Below are positions 44,001-55,769 of a stretch of DNA of 64,000 nt, in pieces (within the stretch, counting starts at the first letter, position 1; each line of letters opens with the position of its first letter). Made by a program: the position numbers and the translations under genes. The notes below the pieces were generated by a model. That model did no database searches, was not told the DNA's origin, and saw nothing but the letters and a program-made list of their open reading frames with translations. The DNA is from Hormiphora californensis (Eukaryota; Animalia; Ctenophora): contig CM035352.1 of the NCBI GenBank assembly GCA_020137815.1, forward strand, positions 7,688,001 through 7,752,000, given 5' to 3'.

Positions 44001-46333
44001 AATGAGATATCGGATTACTCTGAACCAATACTAAGCCCTGCCCGAAACAAACCTGACACATCAGAATCAAGGAAATCCTATAATGTAAGAATATAATACC
44101 AGCTTCCCTCCCGACAGCCCCCTCTTAGTGAGCCCTGGTGATTAATCACTCAGTAAATATTCTCATTCCCCCCCCCGTTCAGATGCGGCTGATAACTCGT
44201 AGTGTTCCCCTAAAGACTGCAGCCCCATCTTCTTCTGAGGATGAAGATGAAGATGAAGAAGAGAGTAGCGAGGAGGAGGAAGAAGAGGAAGAGGCGCCAC
44301 CCCCACCCCCTCCTCAACCTGCCTCTCCAATCCTCCTGACATCCTCATCATCCGAGGGGGAGACGGAGGAAGAGGCAGAATCTCCGGTAATTGTTTAGAA
44401 AGTCCTGGGATTCGTATCAACACATGGTTGATGTTAATTGTTAGCGTTATGGTAACCATTGATTTGGTAACCATGGTAACCATATGAGTTATCTCCACAG
44501 AGAAAGAGAAGGAAGATGGAGGCACCCATTTTACCCTCCTACCTGTCAACATTTGGAATAACCGTCCCAAAAACACCAATAAAATCAAATTCAGGTTAGA
44601 AAACTCTCTCCGAAAGGATCATTATGTCTTGTTTTCTATGCAATAGTTCCGGCCAAGACATGTTCCATAGTTCCCCATGACATGCCACCCCCATCATAAC
44701 ACTCCCATTACAACCTTTCAGATAAGAAATCCAAACGGAAGCCGCCCCTGATTCGCTGTGGGAAGTGTACCCAATGCATCCAGGGTAACTGTGGAACCTG
44801 CAAGTTCTGTCTTGACATGCCCTGTTTTGGGGGACCAAACAAGCGCCGACACAGTTGCATTCATAGGAAGTGCCTGGCTCAGGTCCGCAGGCCTTCTTGT
44901 GAACTGTGCTCTAACTCCAGGGAGACTTATTCTGGTGAGTACCGTGACTGTCTGACATGTCTTGCTCGAATTAATATACTAACTCGTTTTCATTGAGTGA
45001 ACAGTGAACAGTGAAATACCACTAACTAAGGGGTTCTTCTGTAAATCGACATATTATCATGACAATCGATATATCATGTCAACTGTCTCGTTCACTCACT
45101 CACCTTGTTCAGATTAGCAAATTAGGGATAATGTTGAGGGAGAGTCACAATTCATCAACCACCCTCTCATCCTTGATGATTCACCACTGTGGGATGATAT
45201 TGTTCAAGGTTTCAAATCACACAATTCAAATTAGTAACATTTTGTTGGTAGGGTATGAGAGATATGATACAAAAGTTCAAACCAAATCAAACCAAACCAA
45301 ACCAAAACAAACTAACCCCAAACCAAACCAAACCATCCTACTCCCCAGACCCTATGTTGAAGTGTTGGGAGTGCCAGCGAAGTCAGCACTGGTCTTGTCA
45401 GGGAGGTGGAGGGGAGGGAGTTCCAGCGGATATCCGATCTACTCTGTGGAGGTGGACCTGTCAAACATGCGAAACAGCAGTCAGTTAATTAACCAGTAAT
45501 TATAATTAGTAGCAATAATACTAGTAGTAATTGCCCCAATTAGTTAATTAACAGTAATTGCCCCAACCATGAAACATGATGCCGGTTGTAGAATGTTGTG
45601 TCTCCTGTTTGTGTTTGATAACATTTCTCTTTCCCCACAGAAATCTGAAGAAGTGAAACCCCACCTCCATGGATCCAGTAGTAATGCTGTCGGGAACATT
45701 GTAAGTATATTTAGTATTTACCCTAAATTTAGTTACCACGGTAGTTACCTTGGTTACCATGGTTACCACGGATGTTGCCTTGGTTACCATGGTTACCACG
45801 GTAGTTACCTTGATTGCCACAGTAGTTACCTCAGTTACCATGGTAGTCACAATGGTTACCACGGATACAATTTAACTAATCACGGCTATAATTCCCCAGT
45901 TTTCCAAGTTCTCCACAGTATCTGAGTCACCCTCTAAGCCAGCTGCACCCCTCGCCCCACACTCTGTAATATCTCCCTCCTGTTCCACAACTACCAAGAT
46001 TAACCTGGCACCCATCCAACAGATAGCTTCACACATCGTAAGTAACTGTTATTTTTAGTCAGACGGTCAGTCCAGTTTTTTAAGACGGATCCTAATCTTG
46101 TGTTATAGCTCACACTGCATTTTATTTCTGTGAGGGTTCGGCAGATCAAGGCAGATCACCCCTATATAATACACAGCAATATAACAACAAGGTCATTAAT
46201 AAAATATATTTTCCCCCAGGTGAGCAAGTTGCAGAAGTGTGAAACTCTGGGAGACCAGACTGAAAACCTTCCTGCTCCACCATCCCTAACCTACCACCCT
46301 TCTTCACACGAAACTAAGAAAGAGGAACCGTAA
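41085..46333 (+). CDS. KDM2: KDM2-family H3K36 demethylase (JmjC-CXXC-PHD; no F-box/LRR)
   Basis: ~17 exons; [78 protein letters not shown]; CXXC and start of PHD at 44722-44935, rest of PHD at 45349-45479; last exon 46220-46333. Confidence 0.9.
45725..45865. repeat. 9-bp GGTTACCAT/GTAACCATG-type tandem repeat
   Basis: Degenerate nonamer array in a KDM2 intron; related arrays at 40725, 44450, 46330, 53160, 53365, 59065. Confidence 0.85.
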
Positions 46334-47007
46334 CCATGGCAACTACACGTAACCATGGCAACCTACCTATTGGTAACCATGGCAACCACACCTACAAAAC
46401 TATTGCAGATTACTGCAGTATCCACGGGCTTTGTTAGTCTTGGAACTATTTGATAAGCGATTGAGTAAATACAGTTATTTGGTTTAAGTTGAGATATTCA
46501 AGCTCGTAACAATTTTAAAAGGAGCAGTTATTCTAATTCAGTATTCGGGTGATCTGTGTACAAATTCTCTCGAATCATCTGCTAAAATATGGCAGTGCTA
46601 CTGCTACCATACCACCGCCGGTATATTATCATTTTCCGTGACCTGTAAGTGTGAAAGGCAGATTTCAAAACGTACCCTGTTATTTGAGTTACGAATCTGT
46701 ACATTAAGTTTTAACTATTTTCAAAAACCCCTGAGAACGAGTTATTTTCTGTGTTTCACGGAACGGAATTCCCATTTATAACTAAACGAGCCGGCGCGGA
46801 CATCGATGTTAAAATTAGCGAAAGGGAGCCGCGCATCGCGCGCGTATTTTCAGTTTTAAAAATTGAAGAAGAAGCTTTACTTGAAATCACAATTTTTCTG
46901 CAAAGCTGTTTTCGTCAAAAGTTTTTTTGCGTTTTCGAAATCTGATCCTCTTATATCTGATAAAATCATGTTCTGACCTTTGTAGCAGTCTCAAAGAAGA
47001 TTTCCAA

Positions 47008-48066
47008 ATGTCTTCAGACGAATCAGAAGACTATGATCATGTTGTGCTCGAGCTCGGATCCTGGAAAACGCGGGCCGGAATTGCTGGTGAAGACGTACCG
47101 GAGATCGTGCGTCCTACATGTGTTCCAGAATCTGATGTAAATTTGGAGAGTACTGAACTTGACTACACTAAACGCTTTTCTCCAGACAAGTTTGAACATT
47201 TGTTACGCATGTGCTACAATGAGTTACCGGTGAAAGATCCTAAAGAGCGTGGCGTTATTTTAATTGAGCCACAATCGGTTAGTAATGCCAGCAGGGAGCT
47301 AGCTCTACAGATTCTTATGGAAACCTTCCAAGTTCCCAGCTACTACTCTGCAACATCTCCCCACATGTCGCATGTACGCATCAGGTCGAGGCTCTGGGAC
47401 TATCATTCAATGTGGTCATGCTGCCACTGAGACAGTGTCTATTTATGAAGGGTACCTGGTGCCAGGAAGCCAAATGAGTTACCCAGATAATTCAGGGAGA
47501 AAAGTTACATCTTTGGTTACTTCGGAACTGCTTCGTAATGCACCCTCTGGGACTCATTATGAATATGATGTTTGCACCAAAGCAAAGGAGGAACACTTTA
47601 GCCTGCTACACGAAGAATTCCGTGATTTCACTTTGCCTGATGGGAGGTTGGTGAAGTGTTACTCCTCAGATGAAGTCCGATTTCACAAACTCTATCTTCG
47701 GAGGGGATCATGGTATAGCTAGGATGGCGTACCACGCAGTAATGGCTGCAGATATGGACATGAGACGTGATCTCTTCTGTAATGTGATCCTCTCAGGAGG
47801 TGCCTCTCTGGTTAAAAGGTTTTAAAGAAACGTTCCTTCAAGAAATTCGAAAGGAATCTAATGTCCGACACACTGACAAGTTAAAGATAAATGCTATAAC
47901 AGCTCCAGAAAGAGAGTTTAGTAGCTGGATTGGCGGCTCAATTGTTGGGTCTCTGAGCTGCTATCAGAGTGCCCACATTTCAAAGGAAATGTATGAAGAT
48001 GTTGGTCCAAGTATTATCCATAAATACTGTCCTTACGGTACTGTGGAGATGGGGGACTTTGTTTAG
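47008..48066 (+). CDS. Divergent actin-related protein, intronless
   Basis: VVLELGSWKTRAGIAGEDVP, ILMETFQVPSYY, MYASGRGSG, VSIYEGY, FTLPDG, DMRRDLFCNVILSGG, APEREFSSWIGGSIVGSL, ISKEMYEDVGPSIIHKYCP; indels near 47370 and 47670-47800. Confidence 0.88.
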
Positions 48067-48359
48067 ACAGTGTGTCTAGACAATGTGTCTAGACAGTATG
48101 TCTAGACAGTGTGTCTAGACAGTGTGTCTAGACAGTGTTTTGCATTGCTAACTGTTCACTCGCTAGAACAATGTGTCAGCATGTACAGTTATTATTATAC
48201 GTGTGTGTTGTGGGTTTTTGACGGTCAATTTTGTGTACAATTATGTAAATTTATCATTTACTCTGTTTTTATAATTCATACTTTTTATTCCCTCTCATCA
48301 TCTTCATAATTCATATTCTGTGATACACATAGATTATAGAATGGACCCGTAGCCCCTTC

Positions 48360-51300
48360 ATGGGACATGGTATCATGGCTGAATCTGAGTCGAAACCCCG
48401 GCTGCAGCTGCCCAGTACGGCAGTGACAATTCAGCGGCTTGCTGTCTACGAAACCAAAAAGACTATCTTTATTGTGGGAAATGACAATGAAAACTCTGTC
48501 TTTAGACTTATCAAGGTAAAACACTATCTTGTACAATGTTGCTAAAAACGTTGCCGGGTGCTGAACTTTTTATGTCTGTAGACCATAACCTGTCTAGATT
48601 GTGAGTTCGGAAATTTTAGGTTTACTCCGGTAGCGTCACCATTATTTGTTAATTATTATAACTCATTTTTATCAGATAAACAGGGAGGAACCTCTGGTGA
48701 TTGAGGATGATAAGAAACAATACACTAAGACAGAGATGCAGGCCATACTAAATGGTGATGATACTGTAATGGGAGGGAACAGCAGGAAGACACGGGCCAT
48801 GCAACTTAGGAAGACTTTAATGGCCTTTGGGTTGCTGGGATTTGTTAAGTTCACACAGGTACCATACGTGGGATGAATTCTGACATTAAATATCCACAGG
48901 GAAGTTTCTATTGGAAACCACCATGCCACCACCCTCCTTTACCCAACCACACACCTTACCGGCTACCACCCGGCACCCCAACCACCCTATCCACTCCCGC
49001 CCTATTTTGTAGGGTTACTACATGGTAATGATAACAAGAAGACGAAAGGTTGCACAAATTGGGGGTCACATTATCTACAAGATAGAGGACATTGCTCTCA
49101 CAGAGATCTCACCTGAGAAGACTTCCTCTAGCTCCAGCGCAGAGGAAAATAGGTATATTCTCACTTTTTATCTCTCTCTATGCAGGGGATGACTTACCAG
49201 TAACCAGGACTTGTTATGTTCTAACCTTCCTTTAAATTTGTAAAGAGAGGTGGTCGAACAACGTACCCACTTTCTATCCCCCCTCGCTCCACGGAAAATT
49301 GTGGTTGAAAAATCTTTCATCGTTGAGATGTAATTCTAACTTGTTCACTAGGTACATCAAGTACTTCAACAGTCTGGACTTCTCAAGTAACTTCTACTTC
49401 TCTTACACACTAGATATTACAAGGTAGGCTCTACCGAACCCTCACAGAGAGCAGTGCGAGCTGCTCCTTCTCCTCCTCCCTCTCTTCTTTGGTATCCAAG
49501 ACACCTCACACTCAGGCCGCTTCGCGGCCTTCGTTTGGCGCGCTTCGCGCGCCGGCAAGGGAGGGGTAACTTCGTTACCAACTCTCTTCTCCCCTTTTTC
49601 TTGTCCCCCTCCCTATCTGCCACGGCCCTCTCACCTCCACCCCATCCCAGGACTGTTCAGCAGAAAATGGTTCCCATTCCTCCCTCTCACCTCCACCCCA
49701 CCCCAGGACTGTTCAGCAGAAAATGGTTCCCATTCCTCCCTCTCACCTCCACCCCACCCCAGGACTGTTCAACAGAATATGGTGCCCATTCCAGCGGGTT
49801 GTGCTACATGCACCACAGACACATGCAACAGTAGCACTTGTAGCACGTGTCTAGTGGGGACACGGTGCTACAACGATTTTAACAGTAAATTCACCTGGAA
49901 CATACACATGCTAAAAGGTACCTGTTATTTTACACATGCTATAAGGTACCTGTGTAATACACAGTGTGTATACAGATTTGTGTCAGTATAAATAATCATA
50001 CAGCGGGGATGATATTCGAGTTGATTCTGCTATTTTCTCAGTTTCTCATTAAGCCCCTAGCTTAGTTCCCTGCGTCTGACAGATACATATCCTTCACACT
50101 AGTTGGTAACTTCATGGATAGTGTAGCAAGAGAGTGGGTACTGCCCCTAGTTTATGGGTTTATCAGTCAAACCAACATATCAGTATTTGGACGGAGCATC
50201 TACCTCACTCTAATAGCACGGAGATCATCCCGGTATGCTGGGACACGGTTCTTAAAACGAGGTAATAATCGCCAATAAACACCATTCTTTCATCTTCTAC
50301 CCCCTCCACCCGATTCTACTAGCTCTTCTCTCATTCCCTCCAGTCTCTCGCTCCCTCTGACTCCCCTCCTCCTCCTTCTCTCACCCCCCGTGTAGGTATG
50401 AATGAGAGTGGAGAGGTCGCTAACGAAGTGGAAACAGAGCAGGTGGTACACGATGCAAGTTACACAAACCACAGGTAGCAAATCCAAGAATATAATCCCG
50501 ACTTACCGGGCGAACCCCCCTCCCGAGAATCCCGGTAAATTAAGGTCTAACTTTTTCCATCTCCTGCCCCTACTATAGTTTGTCCCTGGCAGGTTCCTTC
50601 GTATCACATCTTACACCCAGCTAAGGGGAAGTGTACCCGTCTTCTGGCATCAGGATACCAGTACAATGGTTAGTGGGTGGGGGGCTAATACTAATTGGGA
50701 ATTAATTAACATAAACCAAGACGGTATGTTTCTCTATCCCTCTCTCTCTCTCTGATCTCTCTGAGCACTCTTCCCCTCTCTCTAACTACTTAACTAAACT
50801 TAAACTCTTTCTCCTGTTTCCAGGTTCCCAAGCCCCAGATAGTAATATCGCGATCAGATCCGTTCTGCGGGGGTGCGGGCCAACACTTCAACACCCTGTT
50901 AAAACAATACGGCTGCCCCATTTATATATTGAACTTGGTTAAGAGCAAGGAGAAGAGAAATCACGAGAGACAGTTGACCAACAGTTTGGTGACAACCTTC
51001 AACTATCTCAATCAGTTTCTATCAAACAAGTGAGAGCTCTTTGTTAAGATGAACGGCATTGTACTAGGTCAATAAATTAACAGTTCTGGGAAATCTTTTG
51101 AGAGTGATAGGGGTTGAATCATGTTTCACCGGAAAGTTCAGGATTGATGGAAGGCGCTTTGAAGCCGGGGTTAGGGAGATCGAGAGTGTTTCACAGATAT
51201 CTACCGTGTGGGGCAATAAAAATGCCCCCCCAAGTCTACCATAGTTCCAGATATCGTGGAGCGCTAAAATTTGGTACAGTAACTCTATGAGAACAAGAAT

Positions 51301-54300
51301 TATTGCATTATGTATTCATAATGCTGTGTTTCCCTGCCCTACCGTTTCACATGTCAGTGACATTGTCACTGCCAACAGGATCAAGGCTTGGTCATAATGT
51401 AATGTGAGATGCATACGATCTAGCTGTCAGTATACTTCTCACATAGCTTAGAGTTAGCTAACTCCCAATCACATGACACTTGCTAACCAGCTTTTGACAT
51501 TCCAACTTAACTACTTATCTAACATCTCACACTCGACTCGCAAGATGAAAATGTGTATGTAACACGCGAAACGCGCGGCAGAGCATTTCATGTTTTGTTG
51601 AGGGGCCTGCGCACACACGTCCATCAAACTGTGTCAATGAGTTGTTTGATGAAGGAGTAGCTCGTCACTGTGCGCGCGGCTCTAGTTGCTACACCGTTGC
51701 CCTCGCAACGAAAGTGTGACCAAAAAATGTCCCTCTACCGATTAGTTAGTATACCAAAAGGTCGTTTTCGAATTCTAACCCTGCTATGCCTTTTTACAAA
51801 GTAAAAAGGCATCCGGGTGAATGCCCTCGGCATTCACCCGGGCAGGGAAAAAATAAATAACTTGACCAAAATTTCAGACCTCTAGCTCAAAATTCATTTT
51901 TTTGATCGGAATGAACATTGTCATTCATTCCAGGAAAAAATATTTTCCGGTTCAAAATTTAACCAATTATGTTTGGCTATCGATTAGCTTTCCAATGTGA
52001 CCAAGATCAGCTAAATTGGACAACCACAAGAGACACAGTGTCATGTTTCTTAAAGTTAGTTAGGTCATGTGATCTTCACTGAATCGTTGATCGTGTTCAG
52101 TATTACGAATTGGTCTAAGTGGTAGAGAATCACGTATCACATCTGCTAATGAGGGATGACGATGCTGATTGGTCATGAGATCTGTAGCTCTTTGATAAAT
52201 GTCCTCTTTCCTCGAATCACATCACCCTGTATTGGTACACATACCCAATTAGCGGCCATGATACGAGATTCCTTTGCCCATTGGCCCGATTAGCAATCCC
52301 GGAAACTCAACGATTCGGTGAAGATCACATGACCTGACTAACTTAAAGCAACATGACACTGTGTCTCTTGTGTTTGTCCAATTCAGCTGATCTTGGTCCC
52401 ATTGGAAAGCAAATCGATAGCCAAACATAATTAGTTAAATTTTGGACCGGAAAATATTTTTTCCTGGAATGATTGACAATGTTCATTTCGATCAAAAAAA
52501 TGAATTTTGAGCTAGAGGTCTGAAATTTTGGCCAAGTTATTTATTTGTCTCATAGAGTTAATGTACCAAATTTTTGCGCTCCACGATATCTGGAACTATG
52601 GTAGACTTGGGGGGGGGGGGGGCATTTTTATTGCCCCACACGGTACTGTCAGGCCAAAGCTCTGACTACAGTTCTCGCGCGCTCTTAAGAGAAATGAGAA
52701 TAGGGTCAGGCCAATGCTCTGACAGGATATCTACCCCCCCCCCTTCAGGCACAAGATCAAGTACTGTGGGTTTGACATGTCCAAGTACTCCAAGAGCAAA
52801 CACAAGAAACAAAACGTCATGTCGAAATTGGAGGAAATTGCGAACAACACCTTCAAATGCACCGGTACATGAATAACAGCTATAAGAATGACCAAAAGTT
52901 GCCAATTTACCAGATGGCAGACCGATCCCTCTCTCCCTCTCGACGGCGAGGGAGGGTACAAATGTATTATGTAAATTGTAAAGGATTAAAGGAGGGGTAG
53001 AACATAACAACCTATCTCTCTCTCTGCAGGTTTCTTTCACAACATCAATATAACAAACTCTCCTCAACACGTGAGGGATATTCTGAACGGAGCGGGGCTT
53101 CAGAAGTACGGTGAAACTGTACGGGGTGTCTACCAAACAGGTTACTGATTGTAATTACTAGTAACCATGGTAACTAACAGCTAGTAACCATGGTAACATT
53201 TCACAGGAGCGGTGAGGACCAACTGTGTGGATTGTCTGGACCGAACCAACACTGCTCAGTTCGTTCTTGGTAAAGTAGCTCTGGGACACCAGCTAATGGC
53301 CCTGGGGGTGATCAGTGATCCACGACTCCTGGATAATACACCATGTGTCCGGTCTCTAGAGGTAACGCCATGGTAACCATGGTAACAATGGTAACCATGG
53401 TAACACGCTCTGTTATCTGTAACTTGTCATGCTCTGCATTATTCTCTTTATAAAAATTTTAAAAACGAAACATCTCCTATATTTCCCCTCCCCCTGCGGC
53501 CTGCAGGAGATCTATGAGGATCACGGTGACACCATGGCCCTCCAGTATGGGGGTTCCCAACTAGTCCACAGGATCAGGGGGTATCGCAAGGAGAATCCCT
53601 GGACCTCTCACTCTGGGGATATCTTGAATACTGTATCACGGTACTACAGGAACGCATTCACAGACTGGGAGAAACAAAATGCCATCAACCTCTTTCTTGG
53701 TTAGTTCCGGGGTGTGGTCATATCAGATTCGCTCATCGTGAGATATCACTAGTTTGGGCAATGTTCAAAATCGGTAGCTTTTTGGAAAGAGATCTCCTCT
53801 CTCTAAAGAGCCCAATATTTCCGAAATTGGCTGAGAAAGTTTCGGGTTAATCGGTTAAAACCTCCCATTTTAGGAGTGTACGATGTTGAAAAGATGCCCA
53901 TGAGTTTGTGGGAGCTGACCTCCGATCACTACCTTCACCACCAGTACCCTGATGAGATGAGACCTTACACTGCGTGGTGGGACATGGATGTTTGGGTGAG
54001 TCATCTATGATAGGGTTTAGAACAAGAATGGACCACAGATTATTGTATTAAGATGACCAGTGACCAAAGTGGTTTGAAACCGCTGCCTGGTTTCTTACCA
54101 ACTACAATAACAATTTAACGATTCTATCCCCCGTGTTATTTCCAGGAAAGTTTGCCCCTAGCATCAACAATAACGGCCTGGCACCGAACACTGGAGGGCC
54201 ACTGGAAGGGCGAGACAGAGGAAGGAGACACGAGAACTGTTGTTAGCCCCTTCTTTGAGGAACTTTATAGGTATTATTATGTTGTTATTGCTTCTACGTT

Positions 54301-55543
54301 CTCCATGTGTAGTATTGGAAAATAATGTTGGTATGAGGCTTGAGTTGCTATGACAACAGTGCTGTTGCTATGGTAACGTTGTTGTTGCTACCAATTGTTT
54401 TCATGCCACATTATTGTACACCGCTAGGCCCACAATGCTGACTTCCTTCGAGGAACACTACTGTCTCTTCATGCCATCAACTGCTAACGAAGCTGGGCTA
54501 AACTCACCTTTTGTGGTATGTGTTTTCGTAAACTGTCTCTGACTCTTTATCTCTCCCTTTCTCGATCCTATCTCTTTCTTTTTCTACCCCCTTCCCTATA
54601 TCCTCCCTTTGTCAGGAGGTGAAGGGCAAGTCCGGTGGTAGGAGTCTGAGTGTAAGGACTAAACCGGTATCAGACTACAGGAGTAGCAAAACTGCTTCCG
54701 GGGATTCAGATAGTTCGTCTGATTCAGACGAGAGTGGTAGGTTATTAAATTGCATCTGAGAGTGGTAGGTTACTAAATTGCATCTGATGAGAGTGGTAGG
54801 TTATTAAATTGCATCTGATGAGAGTGGTAGGTTACTAAATTGCATCTGATGAGTGTGGTAGGTTACTAAATTGCATCTGATGAGAGTGGTAGGTTTTTAA
54901 ATTATCAGAAGTGAATGTTGTTTACTACTCTGAGGGAAATGTTATAGTGCTATTGGTGGTGGAATGTGCAGTACTTGTTGTTTACTGATTGCTCACCCCC
55001 TTTCCCTCCTAATTATTGGTTTTAACCTCTAACCTCCACACCAGATGACGATGACTCAGTTGTTGTAAGTGAGGCACTGGACATGTCTGAATCAATCACC
55101 AGTCCCATCCACCCTCCCCGGGCACTAGTAGTGTCCCCTCCTGTGGATGTGAACCTCTATAGGAGTTATGCTGCTGATAGTGTGTATATCAACCGTGGAG
55201 TAGGTTAGTTAACAATGTTTCAAAGTCCCAGTTTACCTTACTGACACCGCATCATTTCCTCTACTACTTTCCTTGCCTTGTTCGACCACCTCTCTCAAAA
55301 CAATATCCCTCATACCCCCTGATCGAGACTACTGCCCCTGACAATATCCCCCTAGGAACTTTTACAGTCCGTGGACCATGTTACAAGACCTATACAGAGA
55401 TGTCTAACAAGCCCGTTGCAGTCCCCTCACACACCATCTCGCCAACAGATAGGGCCCTATACGCCAAGAAGGCTTGTGATGTGGCTGTGTCCCAACACAG
55501 TAAACAGTTCTACCAGTCTTACTGCTCTTTACTGACTCTATAG
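48360..55543 (+). CDS. FIG4: PI(3,5)P2 5-phosphatase FIG4/SAC3
   Basis: ~19 exons; [71 protein letters not shown], catalytic [12 protein letters not shown] (~53215-53250), [29 protein letters not shown]. Start is ATG 48360 or 48375; stop TAG 55541-55543. Confidence 0.95.
51204..52643. mobile_element. TA-flanked foldback-like MITE (Tc1/mariner-type ends) in FIG4 intron
   Basis: TA|CCGTGTGGGGCAATAAAAATGCC ... GGCATTTTTATTGCCCCACACGG|TA; inverted arms extend >300 bp; left arm interrupted by a HINE. Confidence 0.88.
51293..51850 (-). mobile_element. Helentron-associated non-autonomous element (HINE), copy B
   Basis: Homologous along its length to 21122-21680; same subTIRs and hairpins; absent from the opposite arm of the host MITE. 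Confidence 0.8.
54725..54905. repeat. 31-bp tandem repeat overlapping a FIG4 splice donor
   Basis: TGAGAGTGGTAGGTTA(T/C)TAAATTGCATCTGA, ~6 copies. Confidence 0.9.
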
Positions 55544-55769
55544 ACACTGTGACTCTGTGACTCTATAGACACAGAAACACTGTGTGTCACTGTGACTCTG
55601 TGACTCTATAGACACTGAATGTTGTTTTGATTTGTTATATTCTGACCCTTCTTTGCATTTGTTTCCCGTGCGGGGCGCGGTGAAACAGGATCGAGCAAGT
55701 AAAGGCAAGTTTTAGAAGTTTAATTTTGTGTGCATTTTGTTTTAGCAATTTTGTCAAATTTGAATCACT

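Noticed and set aside
45548-45925. ORFs with VTMVT / YHGY repeats
   Set aside because: Produced by the 9-bp intronic repeat; the real KDM2 exons here are short.
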